This document shows positions 11,441-24,208 of a stretch of DNA of 64,000 nucleotides, in pieces. The stretch comes from Microthyrium microscopicum. Taxonomy: Eukaryota. A program made the translations under genes and the position numbers. Where the stretch lies: the NCBI GenBank assembly GCA_010405405.1, contig MU004233.1, positions 2,520,539 to 2,584,538 on the forward strand, written 5' to 3'. The notes under the pieces are model-generated. The model saw only the letters and a list, made by a program, of their open reading frames with translations, was not told where the DNA came from and did no database searches. Positions within the stretch are counted from its first letter, which is position 1. Every line of letters starts with the position of its first letter.

Positions 11441-13058
11441 TCAAGTAGTAGGTACCTTATAAAGCCAAGGATGTCTCATTAACTCAGCAGCAGTTGCCCG
11501 TTTTTCCGGCAGCCACTGAAGCATCTTGAACATGAAATCCACAAAGTCATCTTTCTCCTCGTCTGTGATGCAATCTGGGGCATTTCTAGGAATCAATCTA
11601 TCTGCTTCGAAAAGATTCATGGCGACAAAAGTGCCTGATACCTTCGTCAGCTTCTGAAACAGCCGGGACTATGAGCGAACATACCTTTGTCATCGAAAAA
11701 AGGGCCACCGTAAAAGTCTGCTGCATTGTTACACGGTTTCCCGCGTGAGTTCAATACCTCTGGCGCCCACCTCCAATGTCGCATCTCTCTTTCGCGCTGT
11801 ATGAGCTCTCGAGGTATGGGACCTATTATATCAATCATCTCTGCTAGATGATGTCGTGCACTGTAAGTGCCGTTCTCTTCATGTACTTTCTGAAACAGTG
11901 TTTCGCCACCAAGAAGCTCCCATGTCTAATCACCAAAGATAAGCAACACATATCAAAACTTGAGAATAAGAACTTAAGAAGCATACCAAGGCTCCAAGAT
12001 TCCACATATCCGCGCTAGAAGACCATCCTGTCCCAAGAAGGACCTCAGGGGCATGATAATAGTCCGATTGAATAGGAAATATGAATGGTCCATTACTGCC
12101 ATCGACTCTCTGCGCTAAACCAAAGTCCACGAGCTTTGGACACATTGCTCTGAGAGCGTCCCCTTGCAGTGGTCCGAAATCATTGTGAGACAAGTATACC
12201 ACTCGATCATCGTAGACCTTGCGAGGCATTGGGTTTCCAGTCTGCGCTTTGACAAAGTCATCGATGACAGATTTGCTCTCAAAGCCCAAGAGAATATTAT
12301 CAAGTTTGAGATCTAGCATACATATAGAGTTAATGATTGAATCTAGCTTATAATCGGGGAGTATACATACCGGTATGAACAACGTTACATTTTGTATGCA
12401 AGAAATTGAGTGCATCGAGCATAGTCAGGATATATAGCTTAAAAAGCGGTAAGCTATTAGCCGTAACCTTATCAACAGAATCACATCTTCTCCTCATCAG
12501 CCACATTGGCTCTCTCATGGGCTCCATAACCAGGCATATATGAGTACCATAAGGGCCCATAATCTTGAAACTTTCTTGTATTGTCCGTAGATGGACGTAA
12601 TTGTTGGCATTTCCTTGTGCGCATTCTACGATATGCTTGGATATTTCTGCCTCGCGATTCGCTGATTCATCGTCTTGATAGTTGCAGTTGTTGATCTTGA
12701 TCGCAACGTACGGTTTAGATGTCAGGCGCCAGCGAATATCTTGGGCTAGCCATACTGTGGAGGAGGTACCCCATCCTAGCTTGGCTTTCAGTTTGAAACG
12801 TTTGTCAAGGATGTCGCCTGGATTGGGATGATAGAATCTCTTGAAATCGTAGCCAGGAAGAATCTCTTCTTCTATTGGAACATTAAGAGGTAGTATCGCC
12901 GGTGGTTTTGGAGGGACTGCGGTCGTGGATGATGTAGCGAATAGTTTTGAAAACATGGAATACTTTCCAAGACAACGGCGCGAATGGACACAGAATAAGT
13001 GTCTGCTAGTTGACTGTAATGCTGATAGAGATGACTTGTAAAGCGAGCTTGACGACAT
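11441..13058 (-). CDS. CMGC/SRPK-like Ser/Thr protein kinase (fungal expanded family), about 4 exons
   Basis: IEEE..PGY...FYHP.PG, KLGWGTSSTVWLA, YVAIK, GPYGTHICLV, HT-DLKLDNILL, DFGLA, YHAPEVLLG..WS..ADMWNLG; last exon ends RATAAELMRHPWLYKVPTT* at 11441. Confidence 0.9.
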
Positions 13059-13778
13059 GAAAGAAGAACCCGCTGGAAATCTAGTACCACAATTTTCAAA
13101 GAAATTAGGCGAGCACTCAGCGATGATAAAACTATCGAAATGGATGGTTCAAACTTCAGTCTCAAGTCTGCCGAGTAAGTAAAGAACGTAACGATTATCC
13201 CAGATTCCAGTTTTTTCTAACTAAGAGCTCAAAGATCGGGCGATTGATGGGCAGAAGAGATGTTGATGTGAGTTGATCAAGATCAAGACGGTGGCACAGC
13301 ACATCAAGCAAAACGTCCTTGCGTCAAATGAAATCGGGTCTTTTGGCAGGCCAATATATCGAGTCACTGCACCCCTACACAACAACCAAAGTCCAAAAAC
13401 ATTTATACAGAGTATCTGATATAAGGCTGGACTACAGACTGCCTAAGGACCATCATCGCAATAGATGTTTCCTACCTACCCGCGCCGTTTCTTACTTACC
13501 CAGAGATATAAATGCGCACCTGCGGGAGGTTCTATCCTCAAACTTCTCTGCTCAACATCGGAACGCCTTTTGAGTCAATATAGACTCTTTACGAAGGAAT
13601 ATTTCCCAGACACGCTTTTTCGCATTTAGACAAAAAGAACTCTTTAACTACACACATATTACAAGCAGTAACATCTCCAGTCTGCCCAACATATACTCTA
13701 GAACGTATCTTTTCAACATCCACTCAGTTCTCTCCAGTTCACCTGTATACCCCTCCCAGTGTCCTCTTTACTGTCTAT

Positions 13779-16647
13779 TTAATTACGTCGTCGTCTAAAG
13801 GCAGACCAATCCTCCTCTTCTTCAACGTCCGCCGGACTAGCCGCCCGACTGCCCCTCGTCCGCATTCCCACTGATAAAAAGCCCTTCTTTTTGGCTGGCA
13901 CTTCAGTATCAAATAGCGGCAACTGTGGTGGTAAGGAAGACATCATTGTGCTCGCACGCTGATTCATGCCCATGCCCATGACAGATTGTGTGTCGCCTAT
14001 GGTGGAGACGGCCTTGTAGCGGCCTGGTAAGCCGACATTACTGCGCTCACTAGGTGCCACGGACGGCGCATATCCAGGTCCCATACCACCCACCATGCCA
14101 CCACGAATAGATGCGCCAGAGCTCTGTGGCCATGGTTGACCGGTGAAGGGTGGTGATATCATGCTCATTGTGCGTGGGGTAGCATTTGGACGCGCAAGAT
14201 TCATCATTGATTGCGAACGGCCTTGGGAGGCCATGGACATTGGTCGTCCCATGTCGGGAGACATGAGGCCTTGTTCCATCATCATCTGCTGGTGTTGCGG
14301 GTTCTGCATAAGGAGTTGTGTGAGGACGGCGTTTTGCTGCTGCATCTGGGCGAGAAGTTCCGCCTGTTGGGCCTGGGCTTGCATTTGCATCTGCATAGCC
14401 ATTTGCATCATCGCTGGATCCATGCCGCCGCCTCCCATGCCCATTTGGCCGAGTCCTTGGTAGGCTGGCATTGGCATGCCTCCCATGCCCATGGACATAG
14501 CCGGGTTCATGTTGCCACCCATGGTCATTGAGCGAGACTGACCGGTTGCGACAGCTCGGCGCATGCCTTTAGCATGTTCTTCAGATTGGATGATGCCAAC
14601 GAGGCCACCGGCTGGAAGACCAGGAACAGGAGAGCCTGGTGGGAAGATTGATTGAGGGCGTTGAAGGACCAATGATTCGCGGGAGGCGTTCATTACTTCT
14701 TGGGGGCTGCCATAGGGATCCTGTGGAAGACGGCGGGCGAATGGGGGTAGAACGCTGCCTCGTTGCTGGTTGGAAGGGCCAGTAGCGCCGCTCATCACAC
14801 TTGCCCGGCTACTATGAGGAAAGTATGAGCTTTGCGCTCTGGGATTAGATGGTATGCGAACGTTAGTAGCAGGTAAAAGAGCCAGAGGCACATCTTCGTC
14901 ATCCTCATCGTTACTACTGGCTTTACTCTCATAGCTGACTTTGCGATCGTGTGTCATCAAGTTGGGAGTACTTTGGCTTGCACGATTGGCTTGTGGTCTA
15001 CCCGCAGTAGGACTAGTCTTAAGTGCTCCAGTGGACGATAAGGTTGGCGAGTTAGGAGTACCACTGGGCGTACGGGAGTGTGGAGAGACCTGTCCCCTCG
15101 AGGGACCCGCCAATTCTGCACCACCGACGGTACTACCGTTTGAAACTTGACGAAAGTTGTCAAATGTCGATGCTCGATTATTGACTGAAAGTAACGGAGC
15201 TGACTTTCGATATTGTGGGTTCGCATACGGTTGCGAAGGGACATTTAGGGTAGAGTGGCGTGCGTTTGCTTGAGATGCGTTCAATAGTTTGCTCCCCAGT
15301 GGTTCATCTTCACTACTGTCAGATGGTGGCCCTCTTATAGGTCGCGGGGTGGTATTATTAGAAGTTGTGCCCGGTGCATTAGGAGTCGGTGTTCCAGGCT
15401 TGGGATGTGAAGTATGAAATGATGCGTTATTGCTGGCAGCAACACTGGCTGTAGGTATGCTGGCCGAAGGAGTAGAATTATCGGCGTTGCCTAGACTAGA
15501 TGCGCTGGAGGCCAGAGACGGAGTTTTGAGTGAGGTACTTGTAGATGATTGATTCGAATTGTTTGGAGGATGTAACGAGTTGGTGGTATCAGAAGTCTGA
15601 CTTGTTTTCTTATGAGGACTGATGCTTCGATTCGATTGTCTGCTTTCGGCTGCTCGTTCCATGAAGGATTTGCGAACCATTTTTGCGTCCGCATCGAATG
15701 GGGTTGATCCAATAGCTGATATTTGATCTGCCCCCGAACGAGTATATGATTCTTGCGAATCCGAGCGATGCAGGATGCCAGGTGGCGGAAGATCAAGCCT
15801 ATGGCCATCCACCATGACTGACTCGGTATTCTTTCCTAGGGGTATATTGCCGTCAGATACGTTGTTCATGAAAGGAATCGCTGGAGTTCTACGAGGCGAT
15901 TGATGTGTAGGTGGAGGTGGAGGAGACTGATCCAGTTGTGGAGAAGATAACAGCCCATCTTGGGAATTTCTGCTTCTCATAGAATAAGGGGATGGATTCC
16001 ATTCTTTACTTTGTCGCGCATGGAGAGGCGGCGGTGTATGGGAGACTCGAGAATATCTTGCAGGAGGTTCGTAAGAATCCGAATCCTGTATCTGTTAGTC
16101 ATTGCAATTATATGTTAAGATATTGCTTACGGGACGCAATGCAACTCGAGCAGGCTGCTTAAGTTCATTGTTTGACTTGTTGCCAATACTGTCAAACATT
16201 CCGCCGCCAAAGCTTTCGTTACTTTCCATGGCTTCCGGCATAGCCAAAAAGTCAGACGAACGATCTGATGCATTTGGCGCCTGTACCTGACCACCTCGTT
16301 GCTGATTGTCGTATGTATGAGTTCGCTGGTGTCCGTATGATGGATGAAGGCCTTTCATGTCATTGGCATTGTATGACTGATGGTTTGTCGAAGCAGTGCT
16401 GCCGCTCGCCCTGGAGTTGTTAGTGATGGATTCCAATTGACGAAGAGAAAACCAACCTATTAGAGGAAGAGGAATCATCTTCCCATGTTTGTCGATGTTG
16501 GAGGTTGGCAAGAGGTCGATTTGATTTATCCGGCTGCTCATTGCCCTGCCGCCTAGGTATGACACGGAAGCTGGAAGTAGTTGGGGATGTTTCCTGAACT
16601 GGAGCCTGTGGCGTAGATTTACGTCTTAGCAGAGACTTGATATGCAT
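13779..16647 (-). CDS. Low-complexity Ser/Pro/Gln/Met-rich hypothetical protein, about 3 exons
   Basis: 733-aa ORF joined via GT-AG introns to upstream ORFs at 16095-16565 and 16420-16647 (MHIKSLLRRKS). Contains DEDDEDVPLA, PFARRLPQDPY and PGYAPSVAPSERSNVG, which look like conserved islands in a disordered protein. Confidence 0.75.
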
Positions 16648-19417
16648 TGTGTCGGAAAGAAGGGCGTCGAGTCCGATGGGGCGCCGAATGTCGCGAGTGT
16701 CACGAAGACGCTCGTGTCAACGTGAACGAATGTTGAGGAGGGGAGGTTTAGATTAAAAACATTAGATCTAGATTGTATAAAGTCGTTTTCTCGTGTCGAT
16801 TGGTAACATGCAATGGGCCAGCGGGTATCGTGGCAATTACGAAATATATTGGAAAAATGGGAAAAGTGGAGGCTGATGAACCTCGAAGAAGGGAAGGAGG
16901 CACTGCCAGGACTATTGAGGATGGAAGGATTAGCGAGCTGTACGAGGTATTAAAGACGTGAATTCAAGGGATAAAAGGGCCAAGTAGAGACAGAAGTGGA
17001 GGAAGAGAAGAGAAAAGGCGAGAAGATGGGAGAATGGCGAAAGGTATGAGTTCTGGTGGTGGGAATTGGGGATGGGAAGGAAGGAGCAATGGTGGTGATT
17101 TTGGTTGTTGGTTGAACAAAAGAGAAGGAGCACAGCGCCCTCGTGCATCAAGTCCCCTACAGGGGGTAAACAGGGACAGCCACGCCTCCAATAACTTCCA
17201 AGTCACACAAGATAATATCTTTTCTTCAGTCTTGAATACTCCGAGATCTATGTCTTCAATCATTCGCGTTGTCAAAGTCTCAATGACCAGGTGAAGGGGT
17301 CCTCGATTGATGTGGTTAACAACGCGCAGCTGTAGTGTATTGACACATAACAGCTTGTGATTTCAGGAGGATGAATGTATGATGCCCTGGCGCAGGGATA
17401 GAATGGGGATGTGCATACGTACCGAAATAAAAATGCTCGCTCACGATGAAGCTTTTCACGATGAAGCTTTTTGGAAAAACAGAGAGATGTAGATAGTTGA
17501 AAGGAGATGACAGAAGCAAGAGGCAGGTTAATGTTGGATGTTCTTGGAAGAGTGTTGAGCTTGAGGCACGGAGAAGAAGTTGCCGGGGCGGTGGTGGAGG
17601 ATCTTAGCGTCCGTCTTTGGTGCAGATGAGATCTCGAGGTTCTCAGGTTCCCCGATTTTGGTTGCTCTCTAAGCCTTAAGGTACCTTCAACTTCCTCTTT
17701 CTTTTCTTGTAAATGTTCAACTCTTTTCCCGATCACGGCTTTTGACAAAGTGTTGCAACAAACACTGCCAACATTGAAGCTTTCTTTTCCCCGCGGCTGA
17801 GACCAATTGGCCGTTACGGGGGTTTACTGCTGCATTTAAGCGGCTGAGGGACACGACGACTTAGGACGCAAGGCAAATGCAGGCAAGAATCATCGCCAAA
17901 AGAATGTAACTTTTGCCAAAAAGATGAGTGGATATCGTGCCTTTGCGTTCTCTGCGCATTGGTCTCAGGTCTCTGCAGCAAATGGTTCTGGCTTGCTGTA
18001 AGTTGAACTCTTCAGCTAGCCTCCACAGATGTGGTGTATTCTTATATTGCTACGAAGATCGGTCCCACAGCACAAGCTGCACAATATATCGTGACCCAAA
18101 CTTAACAGCTAATATCAGATTTCACGGGCCACGGGCTTGTCTATTCTTCATACTAACATACCCTTGAATCATACACCTGGAGCAGATCGTGACTTTGCCT
18201 TGTTCATGGACTCTCAGGCACCTTATTTCAATCTGAATGGTACGGTAGCTGGATATGGAGTGACATTGGCGGGCTTTGCAGGGAGTATGCAATAGTGCTG
18301 TATGTTTGGAGATCCATGTCTCTAGCTCACAGCTGTTTCCAGCGCTTTGCACCAATTATAGATGCAGATATGAGCATTCCCATTCGCCATCCCTCTGCAA
18401 GGCCCACCTCTTGCATGCCGCTTAACTCTTCTTTTCAGCCACAATTCTGTCTTGAGTCTAGACGAACCAATCTGACGATACCCTGGCCGTTTATTTTAGA
18501 CCTCGTTCCCGTTTATTAAATGTAACGGCCTTTTAAACAGCTTTACGAGCTCGGTATAGGAGACATAAGATCTATCATACAACTGAAAGATCTTGTTGCC
18601 TGACATCTAAGATATTAGGTATGCTCCAAGGTTATAGATTTTCATCATGGATCCCCAAAGGTGGTTGGCGAAACATCATGCATGTCCGCCTCCCCTCTCT
18701 AGACTCCAGTACCTTATACAACATCGCATACAAAACCTTGCCAGCCATCCACTTAAGCGGTCACTTTAGTACAGATACTCAAAAGATCTTCGGAACATGC
18801 AGGCCTTCCTAGCAAACACATCTTGGAACCACCAGATTGCAAAAATGGCATTTCTAGTTCCCGCTTACAGCTCCATTCTCGTACCTTAATTAACGCCTTC
18901 ACGAATCATTTATGCCCGACCTTTTCCTTAATGGCTTGTTTCGTCTCTTCTCTTCAAGGAAAAAAACTCACTGAACGACCAGATCACTGACCAAACAGCC
19001 AGCCACGCCTTGCGCACGCCCTTGATGTTTCTCCCGTGTTAATCTTAAATCCACTTCCCGATCTGGGTCAATTAGCCTCTTCGGTCCCGGACTATACTAA
19101 AATAGCCTAAAATAGTTTCTAGGCACGGCTGAAGACAAGGCTGAGAATTATGACTCCATACTTTATATAATGCATGGCTGCTATTTTATCGCTATTCTTT
19201 TAGCACTGTATGACTGACACTTCAAATTAAATTGCCCGTCAAACGAAACTCTTAAACCCGTCGCATTCCCGATCTTCTCAGGGTCCATGTAAACGCCGAA
19301 ATCGCAAGAATGTCGTTCCACGAAACATACAAGACCCGTTTCTGTTACATCAACAACACAATCCCAACCACGAGAACTTTCGTCCCTCTAACACAAACCC
19401 ATCACACCACCACCTGA

Positions 19418-20435
19418 ATGCTCGCCCGCGCCACCCGCACCGTCTCACCAAGACTTCCAAAACTCCTACCGTCCCTTCACAACATCTCATCCTCTCCGTC
19501 CAAATCCTACAGCATGGCCACCTCCTCCTCAACCCTCCTCTCCGGCGCACAAACCGGCTTCGCCAAAGGATCAGACTACGACAAACACCGTCCCAGCTAT
19601 CCCTCCGAAGCCGTCTCCCTCCTCCTGACCAACCTCTCCCTCTCCAACAGACCTAAAGCTAAAGTCCTCGAGTTAGCAGCTGGCACGGGAAAATTCACAG
19701 ATCTACTAGCCCAGGCTGAAGAGTCCTTTGACATAATCGCCGTCGAACCCCACGATGGCATGCGCGTCGAACTCGAGCGCAAGAAATTGGAAGGTGTTCA
19801 GGTTAAGAAGGGGTTTGCGGAGGATATTCCGGTGGATGATGGGTGGGCGGAGAGTTGTATTTGTGCGCAGGTATGCACCCCATATCCCTCCCTATATCTG
19901 TCATAAAATTATAGAATGGAGGCAATGCTAATGATGAGGATGGGGTATATAGTCATTCCACTGGTTTTCTACGCCCGCCGCTTTAAGCGCTATATCTCAT
20001 AAACTCAAACCTCACGGTACCCTCGGCTTGATCTGGAATGTCGAGGACTATAACAACACTTTACGCCATTCCTCGCCGCATCAATGGACGCTGACGTTAA
20101 GAAAAGTGTTGTTTCAGTTGGATGAGGCGAGTCCGGCGGATACACCTGCGTTACGGTTTCGGAATGAGACGTGGAGGAAGCCATTCAAGAGTGAGAATGA
20201 GTTTGAGAGTATCCAAGAGTCGCTAGTTCCGTGGACGACGTATTTGTCTGAAGAAGCGTTATGGGCGCGGTTCTGTACGCTTAGCCAGATTGCGAGTATG
20301 GAAGGTGGTGAATTGGCGAGGACGAAGAAGGTGTTTGAGGAGGCGGTGAGGAAAGAAGGGACGGAGAGAGATGATGAGGGAAAGATTGCGGTTAGGGGGA
20401 ATACGGTTGTTGTATGGACTAAGAAGAGGGAGTAG
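19418..20435 (+). CDS. Class I SAM-dependent methyltransferase (Methyltransf_11-like); intron about 19871-19951
   Basis: YDKHRPSYP, VLELAAGTGKFT (motif I), IAVEPHDGMR, GFAEDIP, CAQ-SFHWF, LKPHGTLGLIWN. Confidence 0.9.
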
Positions 20436-20898
20436 GAGAAGAATAGGGAATAGATGGAGATTGACGAGGTAAGCAAAGGAGCGAAGGATCCTCTATTTAC
20501 AGCTGCAGAGTCATCGAGATAGACACAAAGCTAACAGAGGACAAGATATCAGCAAGTGTCATACTAGTAGTTTATATATACTCTGCCGCCCTCCTTGAAA
20601 CTAAACTAAACAAACGGCCTATACAGCCCTATGCAACCCCATCCAACGCTCTCGCTCAAAGCTGTCCCAACCTACACAAAAAAGAACACATTCATCGCAG
20701 CACATGGCCCCCTAGCCGTGAAGGCCGTAATATCCCCATATACCGTGATGTACTGAGACTCGTGTGTGTACCACGAAGTAACAACCTAGCCAAGCAACCA
20801 TGGGACCAGGAAGCACTCAACAAGAGATGAAAGATTCCCAATCACCGCCGGTGGCGGAGTAATCGCTCGTGTCGTGTAGTTGACCAGCCGATATGAAA

Positions 20899-20939
20899 AA
20901 AATCAAAATCAAAATCAAAATCAAAATCAAAATCAAAAT
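20899..20939. repeat. (AAAATC)n microsatellite, 6 full copies, downstream of ATG1
   Basis: aaaatcaaaatcaaaatcaaaatcaaaatcaaaatcaaaat. Confidence 0.95.
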
Positions 20940-21245
20940 GAAGAACTCCGTGAATGCAAATCTTTCCATAGTAGAAAGTGAATATCGTAGGGTTATAAAA
21001 AGCAGAGTTGTCGTTTCTGCGCCAATCCAATGCGCAAAAAGCAAGCAATTTGGTATCGTTACAGTAAGCAAAAATAATGAACAAGATGCAAGGTTGAAAA
21101 GCAAGAAAACATTGAGGGCTCGGGATGTTTGTCATGGGTCTGACTTTGTCGACACGGAGAACGAGCTAATGACGGCGAAACTTAAGGCGGATGAACAGCG
21201 TGGCGGTGCTTCCAAAGGCATGAATACGGCAAGGGGTTTGCGACC

Positions 21246-24208
21246 TTACTGTCTCGGAGATGAGCGAGCTGGTTGCACAGGCGTGGTGCCTGGCGATGCG
21301 CGGGAGTTGCCTCCGCTTGGTGGGTAGCCGGAGGAGAGGCGGCGATTGCTTCGTGAGATCTCCAACTTCTTTCTAAGAGATCGGAGACGAGTGCGGAGAT
21401 ACTGGAGCACTAGAAACGTATGTTAGCAACGACACTCGAAAGTTTGATGGTATGTGGATGGTACTCACTCTGCTCGACGGTTGCTCTATCCTCGTTCTCT
21501 AGACCATTAACAGTTTCATCATCTCGTCTATTCAGTCTATGGCCGAGAACATCACGCTCGTCATCATCCAACACTGCCTCGAGCATATGAATTGCGGTTC
21601 TATAGCTTCGTTCGCTGCCTTCCATATCTTCCTGGGTCAATTCGTTGATGGCTGCTGCGCGACTCATTTCCACTGCTCGATCATACATCAGTTTCTCCGC
21701 GGTAATACCAGAGGTAAGGTTGATGTTATCAGCAGAAGCACCAACACTAGTGGTGACTGAGGATAGTGAAGACACCGGGTGATTGCTCGGGTGGCCGGGA
21801 TGATCTGATGGCAGTCGTTGTTGAGCATCAAGAAGCTTAATCGCCACGAAATCTGACTTTTCAAGACACTCATTAAATCGCTTGCGAGCCCATTGGACAA
21901 CGCTGTTGATCTTTGGTGCTACCGAGGCAGTTCTAACAGGGGCAGACTGTGGTGATGTGTTGGCGTTGGGATGTCTCTTGTAGTAGAACCAGTTGCCAGT
22001 GACATCAAAGACCTTCTGTAGGATGCCCATCACATGGACATATAGAACCAATGCTTCTTCTGCAACAGTAACAATTGCATCAACAGTCAAGTCCTCGTCG
22101 TCTTCAAAGTCATCCACAGCCTTGTTGGCGCCACCAGAGACATCAGCTGGACGGATCGGCATGAGTTGCTGATATTTAACTTCTGCAAAGTCAAATATTA
22201 CGCTACTGCGATGTGCGAGTTTTTCTGAGAGCAAAGCTATCCGCATATCTTCATCCTTGGAATCGACGCCCTTAGTCCCATCGCCAATGAGTAGACCACT
22301 GCCTTGAAGTGTGGGATAAACAGGGAAGGGGTTATAACCGGTTCCCATCTGTAACGCTTGATTTGGAGGACTACTTCCTATACCAAGAACACGGAAACTG
22401 GCCATATTGATTGCCTTTGAAATGGCAGAAGTCGCTGACGTTGTTGGTGATCGGCCTAATATGTGCTTGTCAAGCGAACGTTGACGCGTATGACCAGGAA
22501 GTTGCTTCGGTGTTGGCCATGGTCGCATAGACGTTTGTGGTGCTGTTGTAGAATATGGACTACTTGTTGAAGTAGTTCGACGGACAACCGCATTTTGATG
22601 GGCTCGAACTTCTGGACTATTCTCAAATGCATCAGCTAATGCATTTACCTCAACAGCCCGTTTCTCCACAAATACAACATCTCGTTCAAACGCAATATCT
22701 TGGTCTGCTCTTTCCCGTATTTCTTGCAAGGTTCGATCACTTGACCTGCGGCGATCTCGATCAAGTTTGTCTTTGAGCTGTGATGAGGATGGTGAGCTTT
22801 GATTTCGGCCAGCTTTAAATGTGGCAAGAGCTCCTTCTTGCTTGCCAGCTGGTGCAGTGGCGTGGCCTGTCAATGTTGGCCGTCTCTCGGTGGGTCGAGT
22901 CTGATAGTCGGCTGCGGCTGCTGATAGCCGTCTGTTGCCGAGTTTTGGAGATCCTTGGCTTGGGCCTGATATCGAGGTAGGTCTTGAACGTGGTGAAACT
23001 GAAATTTGATCTTGAGATGTCTGGGATGACCGGCGTAAATCGGTGCTTGCGCCTAAAACTTCTGAAGGTCTAGTTGACTTGATCCTCGAGGCTAGATTGT
23101 AGCTCAAGGGCTCCTGGGGTTTATCTTCCGGGGCCAATCCTGGTATATCTTCTTTAATCACAGAATGATCAAAGAAATGATCGTATCCGATTCTTTCAGT
23201 TGGTTTCTTTTTCAAAAGCGCACGAATAATGGCCTTCATACCGCTGCTCACGACTAGTCCTTCAGGAAACTTAATCCTGTCATCGTTCTTGTCGATTTTG
23301 GCAATGAGTTCAACATGATTCTGAGCTCGGAAAGGTGGCTTTCCAACAATCATTTCGTAAGTTACAGTACCAGTTGACCACAAATCTGCTTGTGCATCAT
23401 ACTTTTCATACCGAAGGATTTCTGGAGCCATGTAAAGTGGGGAACCACACAAGGTCTCAGCCAGTGAAAGACTTGGTAGAAAACGTGCAAATCCAAAGTC
23501 CGCAATCTTCAGTGAAGGCAACGAAGCGATACCAGATGGTGGTTCTTCAACCTGGTCATCCGACATGAGTGCAGGCCGCTCTCCCTTGTGTTTCTCTTGG
23601 TAGGCCTTGGAAGGTACTAGTAGAAGGTTCTGTGGTTTGATGTCTCGATGTAAAAAGTTGCGTTTGCGAATCCATTGTAAACCACTCGCAATTTGCTTGA
23701 GAAAGTGCCGCGCAATAACCTCGTTCAATCCACCGACGGTAGGATTTGGGTACTTTCGAATCATGTCCTTGGTAGTTTCATGGTCCGCTAAAGTAGCCCG
23801 CTTCCGAATGAACGTGGATAAATCGCCTAGCTCGCAATATTCCATAATCAAGTGCGCCGTCATTTTCGATTCCTTGCATTCAAACAGCGATACGATATGA
23901 GGGTGATGCAACTCTCTCAGAATCTTGACTTCGCTTTGAAGGTTCTCTTTGAGCTTTCTCGACAGTTTGGACAAGTTGACTGATTTGATTGCGACGAGTG
24001 CTCCTTTGCTCTGTAAACCCATGTGTTAGCATTCTTCCACTGCTATTATTTGAAAGGCTCCAGGGCGGCTTACCACATGTACACCCCGATAAACCATAGC
24101 AAAGCTTCCTTTGCCAATCTCATTCAATCTTCGATAGTCTCCAATAGTGATAGCAGGCTCGGCTGGAGCCGGCCGCCGCATGGAAGCTTGGCCAGCTCTG
24201 TCTTCCAT
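21246..24208 (-). CDS. ATG1: Autophagy Ser/Thr kinase Atg1; 3 exons (about 24208-24074, 24011-21469, 21409-21246)
   Basis: EIGKGSFAMVYRG, VAIKSVNLSKL..KLKENL.SE, HRDIKPQNLLL, LKIADFGFAR..SLAETLCGSPLYMAPEILRYEKYDA. C-terminal Atg1 MIT-like region EEALVLY / TAEKLMYDRA.EMSR.AAINEL. Confidence 0.97.

Noticed and set aside
19130..19180. GGCTGAGAATTAT resembling the start of a fungal TPP riboswitch
   Set aside because: Lacks the downstream TGATC.GG.TAAT.CC.GCG core, and no thiamine gene is adjacent.
16700..19350. Numerous short ORFs in long intergenic regions (also 24300-27000 and 43100-47000)
   Set aside because: No recognisable domains, consistent splice models or ncRNA motifs. Unannotated lncRNAs cannot be excluded without transcript data.
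20893..21327. 144-aa ORF starting MKKIKIKIK
   Set aside because: Produced by the (AAAATC)n microsatellite and antisense to the ATG1 3' end.
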